Below are positions 1 through 11,210 of a stretch of 64,000 nucleotides of DNA, piece by piece. The position numbers and the translations under genes are program-made. Below the pieces are notes generated by a model. That model ran no database searches and was not told the DNA's origin. It was given only the letters and a program-made list of their open reading frames with translations. This DNA is from Lama guanicoe (Eukaryota). The stretch lies in contig MU056905.1 in the NCBI GenBank assembly GCA_013239625.1, positions 38,106,783 through 38,170,782 on the forward strand, read 5' to 3'. The number at the start of each line of letters is the position of its first letter. Within the stretch, counting starts at the first letter, position 1.

Positions 1-376
1 GAATTCTTCTGGGAGGTTTCTGGAAAGACAGGTTAACTTCCTATAAAAGGAGACAAACACTGAAGGAGGGCTCTCCCTCACTAGCCTGACCTACCTCTTA
101 CCTTCAGTATGTGAGCACTTGATGTCTTGAGTAATGACAGCCATCTTGGATCACGGGGCAAGCAGCCAAGGACAAAAAGTGGATGGTGGATGGTGAAGAG
201 GAAGGATAAAAAGAGCCTGGGTACTTAAAAAAAATCCCTAAAGTACTGAACCAGTCCCGAGACTGTCTCCTTTTGGGTTTGTGTTATGTAAATCCCAACA
301 TCCTCTTGTGTTAAGTCTCTGTTAGTTTCTATTGTTGCTTTATTACTTGCAGCCAGAGTATTCCTATCTGATGTAG
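1..376 (+). mobile_element. MaLR LTR 3' part (MLT1J/K/L-like)
   Basis: Motifs cagccatcttg, aagagcctgggt, ttacttgcagcc...cctatctgatgta. Confidence 0.6.
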
Positions 377-1524
377 AAACAAATCTTTTGTTTTCCAGCT
401 GTTTGGACAGTTATATAAAGACATTCTATTTTTAAAAATCTATTGAAATGGCTACTTTCTCATACATTAAAGTCTTACATGTATTTTGGTCTCTTTATGG
501 ACTTTTCATCTTGTTCTGTTGGTGTATCTGTGTAGTGTGGTTACCATCTAACTTTTTACTATCTTGTAGGACAAGAGTTTCTACTGCCCTCAAATTATGA
601 CTTATGATATTTCCTTTCAACTTTGTAATACTCTTCTTAGGTCCAGTTTTCTTGTAATTTTTAAAGTGATTTAGCAGAACACTTTTTATATCTTTAAGGG
701 TCATAAGATGTAATGATTAGGGAGAAAATGTAGACATTACCTCAAGGTTTTATGGAGAGGAGATGAAAGCTGTTGGTGGTTTGGAAGTTTCTTTAAAACA
801 TGGCAGTGTTGCATACAGACAATAATGTCAAGTGCAATGTGATTTTAAGAAGAGTTAAGCAAAGGAAAATTTTATTTCACAGTCATAAATAGCTGCTTTC
901 TGTATGGGTTGAGAAAAAAAATGCAGTTCAAAAGTGGACATCCACAGCTCCACAAGCATTAGCAAATAGGGAAATAGAGTTGTATAGTAATAAGAAAATA
1001 CAATGCCCCTATTCTCATTCTGCATAAGTAATAAGCAATTAGTTTGATTCCTAAGACTTGTGAGGTGACAGGAGCCTGAGAAGAGAAGGCTTTAGTTTGC
1101 TAACTGAAGCTGTCATTTGGGAAGGGTGTTTTGCTTGACAGTTGATTAGGGGTTAAATGAACTGAAAATATTAGTCATTTTTGCTGCCTTTCCATTTACT
1201 GTAACAGCAGTTGTCTGCATTTTCCCTCACCAGTTCTAAAGACTAGATTTAAACAATTATCCATGTTGGAGATACTGATTTTAAATGGCAAAAGGGTAAC
1301 TAGGACTTGAAACCACTAGCTCTTTGAAGGATAAGGTTCTCGTCTGAAAATGAGATAAAGTGGTTGATGAGTCTTGAAAGATGCCTTTAAAGATCTGTTA
1401 GAACTCAATAATGCAGTTCTGAAAAAAATATAATGTTGAATACACGGGTATCCAGCTCATTCTTAATTATTCAGCTTAACACTACAAATTCTTTCTGAGT
1501 CTATTAATTTATACCATCACTGAT

Positions 1525-2577
1525 CAGTATTTATTGAGTACCTACTATGTGCCACTTTTTAGATGCTTGAGGTACGAGAATGAACAGAGCAGATGAAGGC
1601 TCAGTCCCTATGGATATATTTCTTTGAGGAGAAGTTGCCAATAAACAGATAAACAAGAAAATATTCAGTATGCTAGATGGTGATGTTTGATGGAGAAAAA
1701 TAAAGCAGGGGAGGGGGATAGAGAGTGATGAAATGAGAATGGTGAAAGTTGATATTTGATTAAGGAGAGAAAGAAAATGAAGGAATACGTTTTGGGGCTC
1801 TCTGGAGAATGACTGCTGAAGTAGAGGGAATAGCAGGTGCAGCAGGTGCAAAGGCCCTGAGGTAGGAGCATGTTTGGTATGTCTGAGGAGCAGCAAGGAG
1901 GCAATTATGAATGTGTGGCTTAAGTCAAGGAGGGAGAGGTGGGTGATGAGGTCAAAGCAGTAGCTGGGGTCCAGACCATGTAGGGTCTTGTAGAACATGG
2001 TAAGGAGTTCAGTTTTCCTTTTGAGTGAGATGGAAAACCATTGGAGAATTTTAAGATAAAGAAGGACATTATCTACATGTTTTAACACGATAAATTTGGC
2101 TGCTGTATTGAAAATAAACCGAAGGGGAGAAGGATGAAATTATAGAGGCAAGTTACAGGGCTGTTGAGTTAACCATGGTGAAAGACAAGGATGGCATAGA
2201 CGGTGGGAGGGTGTTGAGAATGAGCAGATACTGGATGTATTTCCAAGGTAGAACTGACAGAACTTGCTGATATGTTGGATATGGATCAGGAAACAAAAAG
2301 AGCATCAGGGTGGGATAGAGAGTGGGATCAGTGTGGGGAAGAACAAGGATTCAGACTGAGGCATATGACATCTGAGATGCCTATTAGACATCTAAATGAA
2401 ACACTGAGTAGGTAGTTGGATATATGAGACTAGAGTTCAAGAAGGAGGTCTGGGCTGGAGGTAAACATTTTGGAGTCAGCACATAAATAGCATTAAAGCC
2501 ATCAGGCAGGATGAGATCACCCCAGATGAATGTGGAAAGAAAAGAGCTCTGACCCCTGAGCCACTTCAAAGTTCTCA
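1525..2577 (-). mobile_element. LINE-2 (L2a-like) 3' region
   Basis: Begins atttattgagtacctactatgtgcca; typical L2 purine-rich body (tgagatgcctattagacatc, gaggtctgggctggag). Confidence 0.85.
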
Positions 2578-2648
2578 GCACCATTATTGACTTGATTTAT
2601 AAATTTTGACAAGTCCTTTGATTATCTGTGTTTCTCAATTTCTAACAT

Positions 2649-3083
2649 CATGTTGTCCAATAAAATATAATGTAAGCCAGAAAAGAGAGCCACCTAGGTA
2701 ACTTAAAATATTTTAGTAGACACATTAAGAAAAGTTTAAAATTAATCATGTTAAATAATATTTAGATAACACAATGGACCTGTGTCAGACTTGTGAACTA
2801 CAGAATAGTAAGGCAATAAATTTGTGTTGTTTTAAGCCAGTAAGTTTGTAATAATTTGTATGGCAGTTATAGGAAAGGAATATATTCAACATATCCCCAA
2901 TGATCATTTCCAGGTGAAATCAATATAAAAAATTTTTAGTGAGCTATTGACTTTCTTTTAATTATACTTAGTCTTTGAAATCGGATGTGTATTTTACATA
3001 TCTAACACATCTCAACTTGGACCAACCCCATTTCAAATGTCAGCAGCCCCATGTGGCTGGTGGCTATTATTTTGGACACTGCA
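2649..3083. mobile_element. hAT-Charlie MITE (MER33/MER3-like) interrupted by an MLT1 3' fragment (~2778-2884)
   Basis: Termini tgtccaata...ttggacactg and cccatgtggctggtggcta; inner aataaatttgtgttgttttaagcca is an MLT1 tail. Confidence 0.65.
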
Positions 3084-3138
3084 CTTCTAACCAGTAAAGC
3101 CAGAAAAGGGCAAAGCAATTTAGTACAAGAAAGATACG

Positions 3139-3396
3139 TGTGATGGTTCATTTTATGTGTCAGCGTGGCTGGGTCATCATGCTCAGATACTTGGTCAAAC
3201 ATTATTCTGAATGTTTCTGTGAAGGTATTTTTTGGGGTAAGATTAACATTTAAACCAGTGGAGTCTGAGTAAAGCAGATTACTCTCCATAGTGAGGGTGG
3301 GCTTCATCTAATCAGTTGATGAGGCCTCGATAGAACAGAAACTGACCTTCCCTGAGCAAGAAGGAATTCTGCCAGCAGACTGGAACTGCAACTCTT
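3139..3396 (+). mobile_element. ERVL LTR, MLT2B-like, 5' part running into the gap
   Basis: tgtgatggttcattttatgtgtca...ttggtcaaacattattctg...gagtaaagcagatt. Confidence 0.85.
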
Positions 3397-3898
3397 NNNN
3401 NNNNNNNNNNNNNNNNNNNNNNNNNNNNNNNNNNNNNNNNNNNNNNNNNNNNNNNNNNNNNNNNNNNNNNNNNNNNNNNNNNNNNNNNNNNNNNNNNNNN
3501 NNNNNNNNNNNNNNNNNNNNNNNNNNNNNNNNNNNNNNNNNNNNNNNNNNNNNNNNNNNNNNNNTGGGACAAAGGAAAGACACAGCCCATGTGTAAACCC
3601 CTGCCTGTCCCTGTGTCCAGAGTCCAGAGTTTTACAGGATAGTAATAATTCTGGGGAGAGAAAGATGTAGACTGGGAGCGGGTAAACAGGGCCAGAGGAG
3701 AGGTGCTCTCCCCTCCTGGAGGTGAGAGGAAGGAACGTGAGGGGAAGGGTCTGTGTTGGGACAGACTTCGGAAAGAGTGGGCACCCACTGTTTCGGGTAA
3801 GACAGAGGTCCAGAGGGTCTGACGTGCAGTCCTGGGCAGGCTGCTCTCACTGGGGTTGACGTTTGGAGTTCTGTCGAGGGCCAAATGGATGGACCTCG

Positions 3899-4610
3899 TG
3901 TTCATCTTTCCAGGGTGGCCAGCACAAAATACCACCGACTGGGCGACTTAAACAAGACACAGTTACTTCCTCACAGTTGAGGGCCGGGGGCTGGAAGTGA
4001 GGGGCCGGCAGAGCTGGCTTCCTCTGAGGCGTCTCTCCTCAGCTGGTGGAAGGTCGCCCGCCTGCTGCCTCCTCACACAGTGTATCCTCTGTGCGCACAA
4101 AAACCTCCCGGGATTGCTCGCAGTCCCGATCTCCTTCTCTTATAAGGACAGCAGTCTGACTGGATTAGGGCCCACCGTAATGGCTCACTTTAACTTAATC
4201 ACCTCTTTATTTATTTAAAAAAATTTTTAATTGACATATGGTCAGTTTACAATGCTGTGTCAATTTCTGGCGTACAGCATAGTAGTTCAGTCATCTATAT
4301 GCATACACATGTTCCTTTTCATATTCATGTTCATTACAGATTACTACAGGATACTAAGTAATTCCCTGTGCTATACAGTAGAGACTTGCTGTTTATCTAT
4401 TTTATATATAGTAGTTAGTATCTGCAAATCTTGAACTCCCAATTTATCCCTTCCCACCTCCTTCCCCTCCTGGGAACCATAAGTGTGTTTTCTATGTCTG
4501 TTAACCACCTCCTTAAAAGCCATCTCTCTGAATACAGTCACTTTCTGAAGTACTGGGAGTTAGGGCTTCAACATGCTAATTTGGGGGGAGGCACAATTCA
4601 GTCCATAACA
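3899..4610 (-). mobile_element. MaLR LTR (MLT1A-D class) split by an L1 insertion
   Basis: aaataccac..ctggg..cttaaacaa at one end and cacaattcagtccataaca at the other. Confidence 0.85.
4210..4500 (-). mobile_element. 5'-truncated artiodactyl/camelid L1 3' end
   Basis: gtcagtttacaatgctgtgtcaatttctgg...ccctgtgctatacagta; TSD ttaatcacctcttta (4195-4209) / ttaaccacctcctta (4501-4515). Confidence 0.85.
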
Positions 4611-5627
4611 GGATCCCACTGTGGTCCAGTCTGCCTTAGACTCCTGACCAGAGAATTAGCTGTTAGTTCAGAGTAAGTATTGACTAGATACGTAGAGATG
4701 GTACATCTCTTCCTAAACTCTTGGTGACACCAGAATTTTCAGGGTAAAACATGCAGGCGTGGGTGAAGGGTCCTGGGGGTGGGAAGGTTAAAGAGGCCCG
4801 ATGGCTTCTTTCTGGCCACGGGACACATGCAGTGATCATCCTGGCTTAGAGGCAAAGCAAAACTTAATGAGTCACTCAGCCCATAAATTACTGTCCTGAG
4901 CCTGCCTAATTTGAGTCACCTGAGTCTGCGTTCTGGCGATGAGACACCAGCCGCCCATGTTTCAGGGAAATGTGAGAAAATGAGGCGACTGTGACACTGA
5001 CAGGAAATTAGTCAAGGGCTGATGGTCCGGTTCCCTTTTATAATTTGTAATTCATCTGACATTCTCACATTTGCTGAAGGAAGCAGTGCTTTCATATTCT
5101 GAAATGGGTTCATCTTCCCCTGGATGAAAAAGGAAATTCTTTTCCAGGTTCAAGGAAAACGATGAGTCTCTCAGGCATTGTGACTCTAAAGAACGTTGTT
5201 GTTGGCCTGAGAGTCCGAGGCACGTGGGTCTGGAAGGAGCTCTGCGTGGGCTGGAAGAAGGCGGCGCTGATGGACTAGCCTGAGAACCGAGGCTGCGCTT
5301 CACCGAAAGTGACGCTGGGAAATCAGTGCCGCACCTCTCTCCTTCCCCAAATTGCCTGAGTGGCTCCGCACCCTTCCTTCCCTTCCCATTTTGTTCACCC
5401 ACCTGCAGGATGCTGTCAAGAAGTGTCAGGGGGCGGGGACAAACTTTGTGGAGGTAGGGGGCTGTGAGATCGCGTGGATTGGTCCAGAGAATTGTGTAGC
5501 TAGAATACAGGGTGAGGCTTGAAGGGAGAGTGGGAGGTGGTTGGAAGCAATGCTGAAGAATTAAATGCTCATCTGTAGGGAAGGGGGAAGAGGGGAGATT
5601 TTTAAGAAGCAGAGTGGTGTGACTTGA

Positions 5628-5868
5628 AGCTGGTCTGCAAACCCTAGCCATTTGTATGTGTAGGGTCTCTGAGCTACAAAAGGGTTTTACATTTTTAACA
5701 CGTGTGCTGCCGAAGCCAGTGCAAAAGGTTTGGCGTTTTTAAAGGGTTGGAAAGAAAGGAAGGATGGATGATTAGCAGACAGAGCATTTAAGGATGCCAC
5801 AGAGAACAGATTTCCCACAAAGCTCCCAATACTTTGCTTTACAGACAAAGTTTGCTGACACTGGGCTA
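5628..5868. mobile_element. MER58-like hAT-Charlie element
   Basis: gagcta...ggttttacattttta and tttacagacaaagtttgctgac termini. Confidence 0.55.
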
Positions 5869-5914
5869 GATTTAGAAAGACCAGTTAACCATTAATCAAG
5901 TGCTTATTTTATAC

Positions 5915-6043
5915 CAGGTTTTAATATCCATTATCTCTAACTTGCAAATCAAGTGGCTTGTCCGGGGCTACGCAGCTCCCTGAGTGAAGCAGGATTTGAA
6001 CCCAGGCTGCTGGCTCTAAGGCTGGTGCTTTTTTTTTCACTCT
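5915..6043 (-). mobile_element. MIR
   Basis: aagtggcttgtcc...ggatttgaacccagg core. Confidence 0.6.
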
Positions 6044-7234
6044 GTAATGAGAGTGGGAGCAGGTGAGGCTGGACTTTGGGAGGTGGTGCTGATGAGGCTT
6101 CCGGGATGCTGAAAGCGGTGTAAGATGCAAGTCTGAATGAGGGGTTTGAAGAAACCAGGAGGGACCTCAGAAACTCCTCTGCGCTCAGCATCTCCCGGAT
6201 TTGAGGCGAAGGTGAGAGCAAGGGAAGAGTCCTGTCTGACCCCTCCTCGTCCTGGGCCTTCTCTTCCTTGACATTCTCTCCACCAATGCTTTGCTCCTGC
6301 TACTAATTTTTAACCGAGCTGCCCGGAGGAGTGAGGAGGGCAGTGGCCCCGGGATGGAGAGACTCCTAGGCCAGCTCTGGACCTGTCCTCACCGAGGCCC
6401 ACAACCTGCACACTTGTAGACATTTGAAGCATGAGGGCCACAGCTGAGGAGGCTGTGAGAAGACCAGAACACATTAACACCAATGGCAGTGTATTTTGGT
6501 GGCAACTTCCAAGAAACCAATTTGGAAAATTCTGGAAACTTACCTTGAGAAAATAGATCATAGTAGATTCATAGAATAATAAATACATAAATAAAATCTC
6601 CACTAAAGTATCCACTGCCATGTAATTTATTTAAAAAATAAGTCACAACTTAAACATTTGATACCAGAGAAAGGGTTGAATACATTTTGTTTCTCTTCCT
6701 GAAGAAAAGCCAGGTGGCCATTAAAAATAAAAATGATAGACTATGTGGCAACGAGAAAAAAGTCTTATTTTTCAAGAATTTGATGCTAAATTCTATGCAC
6801 ACTGTGATTAAAACTATTTAAAAGGTGATTGTATATGGCCCAAAACAGCCCATTTGTGAAAAACAAAAAAGGTACGCAGAGTGATTTTTTTCCCTTCTCT
6901 GTGTCCCTTTCTTCCCGCTAAGTTTCTATAATAATAACAAATTATTTTGACAAATTCAGGAATCTAAAGTTATGTTAATATCTCAGTGCTTGCTACAAAA
7001 GCCTGCTTCAAATACACTGCAGAAGCTTGATTTTCTTGGCAATAAATAGGAAGGTGAACAAATGTTTTCAGATAATTGAAAGGTGGTGCATACTTTTAAA
7101 ATTTCCTTTCTAATAGTGTTTTTGGTGAAAAGGAGAAGTGACCGGACATCTGCTGTGTGTGGCCTGAGGTTGTGCCTTCAGCGTCCCTCCCCTTAGGACA
7201 GAAGTATACCAGGGCCACAAAGTGGAAGACGTGT

Positions 7235-7820
7235 GTGGTTTTTGTCTGCAGTGTCCAGTTTGTCTCCCTGGTAACAGCACTTTGATTTTCCTCTGAGGAA
7301 CTGTCCTCACCCCATCTCTGTGGCTCTTGGGCCGGAACATGACCTAGGCTTGGCCAAAGTGAACACTGCATCGTGGGGCCACAACAGTGGTTTTAAGGAG
7401 GGCATGTGCCCCAGGCGTGTAAGTCGGGTCTGGGAACTTGAGCGACATAATTGTGGAAACAGCACTCTGCGAACGCGCTCAGCCTGAAGAACAGAAGATT
7501 GAAGGGGCCATGGTGGAGACACTGGCACTTGACAATGAAGTAATACTGGGGATAGCTGAGTTGGATGGGGGATTGGGGGAGAGTGGAGAAAGAGAACGCT
7601 GACATGGTTTGAGGCCCTTGATGGAGCTGTTCCTGGATGTAATCATACCTTGAACTTTCTGGATAGATGAGCCAACGGTTCATCTCTCTGCCTCTGTCTC
7701 TCTTTGTCTCTGTCTTTCTCTCTCTCTCTTCCTCCCCTGCACCCTTTCCCCCACCACCCTTTAATTCCTTAATGCAGCTTGAATTGGGTTTCTTCCACAG
7801 GCCACTCTTAACAATCCTGC
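7235..7820 (+). mobile_element. Old MaLR/ERVL LTR (MLT1K-like)
   Basis: ggtaacagcactttgattttcctctgaggaac and tttgaggcccttgat..agctgttcctg motifs. Confidence 0.5.
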
Positions 7821-8583
7821 CAATGAAGGATGTCAACTCTTGGCTTCATTCCCAGGCCAGAGAAGGTAGGAAAGGGACCAAGGTAAACTGGACGGCTGAG
7901 AAGGAAGCGTGTCCCAACTTGTTCAGTACAAATTCTTTAACCTTGTGTGCACCCTGGCAAGGGCGAGTCCACTTTGCATAGGGGAAAAGGCTTTGCTGGC
8001 AGGACAGTTACTGTCAAAGAAGGCTGAGTGTGGGAACTGTGGGGACGTGTATTGGTGGGGGAGCATGAAGAAATCGGTATGGCCGAAATGCAGATGCTAA
8101 AATGCAGGTACCTGACAGCCAGACTCAGAACTTTGATCACACGAAGCACCCCACAGTCACCTGGTGTTTGTATTACTGCTCCCTCCTGCATAATTATTAT
8201 TCTGTAGGCTTTGGAAAATTTCTTTGTACATTTAGTATCAGGCTATTTCTCATTTTTATTTTCCTGCTTTTTTTTTTTTAACCTTCTTATTCCAAAATCA
8301 CCGTCTGACTGCTTTATGGTAAAGATTTGTGTGCAGCTTAAATTCAGTTGCTCAACATCAGAGTCCGCTGCATATGTAATAATGATGCGTTGCAGGGAGG
8401 GGGTAACAGCAATCATGGTGGGAATTTTCAAATCTCTAAGTCACCTCTCTGCATAAATGGAGTAAGGATGTGATTTTTATGCATCTGTCTCATCAGGTGT
8501 GGCTCAGATAGGAACACCTGAATCCTCTGAGGAAGAAACAAGAGTGGGTAGGAAGTCTATGCAGCTGTTAAAAGGTTTGCTCA

Positions 8584-8921
8584 TGTTATGAACTGAATGT
8601 AATGTCATCCCGAAATTCCTCTGTTGAAATCCTAACACTCAAAGGGATCGTATTAGGAGGTGGGACCTTTGTGGGTGATTGGGTAAGAGGATGAAACCCT
8701 CAAGAATGGGACCGTGCCCTGATAAAAGGGACCCCAGAGAGCCCTTGTCCTTCCCGCTGTGGGAGGACGCAGCACGGAGACGACTTCCCACCAGGCAAGG
8801 AGTTGGCTGGCGCCTTGGTCCTGGACTTCCCACCCCCAGGACTGTGAGAAATAAATATACGTTGTTTAAATCACCCTGTATACAGTGTTCTTGCTGATAG
8901 CAGCCTGAATGCACCGAGACA
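8584..8921 (+). mobile_element. MLT1A-type solo LTR
   Basis: tgttatgaactgaatg ... ggactgtgagaaataaat ... tagcagcctgaatg..ccgagaca. Confidence 0.85.
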
Positions 8922-8970
8922 GTGAATGTGTCGGTCACCTTCCTGCTTTTTCTCCAGCCTCACTCCCACC

Positions 8971-9020
8971 TTGCTGTGCTCTGCTGTGCTCTGCTGTGCT
9001 CTGCTGTGCTCTGCTGTGTT
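8971..9020 (+). repeat. 10-bp tandem repeat (CTGCTGTGCT) x~5
   Basis: Direct reading. Confidence 0.9.
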
Positions 9021-9260
9021 CGTGCGGGCGGACGCTAAGACCCTGCGGGCTACTCCCTAGACACTCTGGCCGCTGACTCGGATTCAGCTCAGCCGCAGGG
9101 AGGCACTGACTGAAGTGGAAGGTGGAAGAGGAGAAAGGACCCTCTTCCTGCTCTTAGCTTCTGTTGGCTTTCCTCTAGCAGGAGTGAGCTGCTCCTGGCA
9201 GTTCAGCATCTCCAGCGTGGAGCCTGTGTGTTGGTCCCAACACCAGTGCCTGCGACGTTT

Positions 9261-9566
9261 TGGTTGGTCCACTTCTGATTGGTCCACTTCCCTAACTTCT
9301 GATTGGTCCATGAGCTCCATGCAAATGAAGTACTGATTGGCCTAGTTCTACAAAGCTTGTTCCTGGTTGGTCAACTTCTGTTGTACTTTATTTGCATATG
9401 ATGTTGCAAAGTGTAAAACCGGCAGCCTATAAAAGTCCTGTGTAAACCTACACAGGGGGTCCAGTGCTCGAAGTGTTAAGCTTTTTGGGCCTGGTGACGT
9501 CATAAGCCAACTCTCTGTATCCAGGTTGCTGTCACAACTTAGCTGTAGTAACGTCCAGCTGTAACA
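9261..9566 (+). mobile_element. Younger ERV (ERV1-like) solo LTR nested in an older ERVL-type LTR (~8930-9690)
   Basis: Tandem CTGATTGGTCC repeats, octamers, TATAAAA 9428-9434, terminal TGTAACA. CGTTT flanks both sides (9256-9260, 9567-9571). The 5' end may be truncated. Confidence 0.75.
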
Positions 9567-9879
9567 CGTTTTTCCGCAACAAACTTATATTTAGAACTCT
9601 CCAATCGAGTCCTCAGAGTACAGTAGTGCAGGGGCCTTTCCTTTGGCTGTCTCACCTGCTTGGACGGCGTCCTGCCCTTATCTGACAGGGCAGAATAAAA
9701 CCTGCTGAGGGGCGTATGGCCTGGACAGCTGCCGGAGACCTTATCGTAGGTCAACTTTAAGCCTTGATAAGGTAAATTTTGCCAGAGCCTTGCCCACTCA
9801 CTGACTTGGATGACTGCTACTTGTTCCTTTAGGACTGCCCTCTGATGTTACTGTCTCTCTAGAAACTTCCCTTCACATC

Positions 9880-10232
9880 TCTTCCCTGACAGGAGGCTGG
9901 GCTCCTCAGGCTCAGATTCTGAGATGAAGGAGTTTGATCGGGGAGTGCTCGTGGGAACAACACCTGTGGAGGGGTGAGGACTGCAGAGGGAGCAGGTGAA
10001 CGGCAGCACAGCTGCAGAAGCCTTGTCAACCAGCCTTCTGGGCTTGGACAGCACAGGAGTGAGAAGTAGCTCAGACCACGGAGTGTGGGCTGCCCCCGGG
10101 AGGAGGCATAACCCCAGGTAAGGCAGCTTCTTAGAGGGCAGAGGCTTCTAGAAGCTGCAGGCTGAACGCCTCAGTGCTGACGGGAAGCTGTGGGGGTGGG
10201 GGGTGGGGTGTCACACTGCGGTGTCCACTACA
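9880..10232. mobile_element. Old ERVL-class LTR
   Basis: cagattctgagatg...ggggagtgctc..gggaacaacacctgtg...ccactaca motifs. Confidence 0.5.
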
Positions 10233-10795
10233 GTCGCTCTGGTGCAAGTCCTCAGGGACTCATGGTAGGTATCTTAGTGTCTGGAGGTACTGCATTGACA
10301 TCGCTGTTTGAGACTATGGGCTATTGGAACCATCTGTGCCTTACTACATCATTTGGTGTTTATCCAGCATCCATGGTACTCAGTAGGCACCTGGTAAAGG
10401 TTGTTTAGTAGGGGAAAGATATTTTACCTGCTTGACCTTCGGTATGCAAGGAATATAATGCATCATGCTCTCCCTTGAAAGTGGGGTTTCAGGAATCTGA
10501 TTTTTAGTTCCATTCTGGAGGGGCTTCTGTCACTTAGGCTGTGGAGTGTGAAAATCCTGGCGGATGTGTTCTGGGCAAAGCAGAAAGCCTGAGAGTGCGC
10601 CCGATGAATTGATCATAAACCGGGAACAGAGAAACACGTGTTGGGAATGACACAGCCCAGGAAGCCTGCGCTGCAGGCTTTGGTTTTAACTACCTCCATT
10701 TCCCGCATGGCCCAAAGTCAGTAGGCCACTGTCTCACCACTGAGTCAGGTAAGAAAGAGTTAAAAGGCGGCCACATCAACAGGAAATAAAACATT

Positions 10796-10801
10796 TTTAT
10801 T
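10796..10801 (-). terminator. SYT1: SYT1 distal polyadenylation signal AATAAA
   Basis: Minus strand TTCAATAAAAATGTTTTATTTCCTGTTGA, followed by GU/U-rich TGTGGCCGCCTTTTAACTCTTTCTT. Confidence 0.85.
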
Positions 10802-11210
10802 GAATATCCGTGTAATAGGTTAAGTCATTTTTAACAACAATCAGAAAACTACTGTGGAATTCACTACACGAAGTGAAACAAAATTTGAACCACCTCATCA
10901 AAAATGAAGGTAAAGTACAGCTAGAGTTGTTGGCTCGCGGGTCGCGAGCCGTATGGCAGAAGGGAACACCCCAACGTTTCTACAGGATACAGAGGAAACC
11001 CACACAGAGAAACACTCAAGCAGGCAGTAAATATACACAAAGGCAACTAGGATCTTTCTAGAGCGTCAGATTCTAATACTTGACACAGCTTTGTCAGAAA
11101 GGTACATGTGGCTTATCGGAGGATGAATCTTGGTCTTCAAACAGGTTCAGTCACTGTCTCATGAAAGATGGCCCGGTACCAACTAATTCTATGTGACAAT
11201 ATCCCATGTC

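Noticed and set aside
1531-2088. 185-aa ORF on the minus strand
   Set aside because: Lies entirely within an L2 relic; low-complexity Leu/Ser/Phe composition, no domain.
5052-5651. 199-aa ORF on the minus strand
   Set aside because: No recognisable homology or splice context; chance ORF in GC-richer DNA.
9261-9375. Repeat-spacer-like array of CTGATTGGTCC units
   Set aside because: These are LTR U3 CCAAT-box repeats with irregular short spacers, not CRISPR-like.
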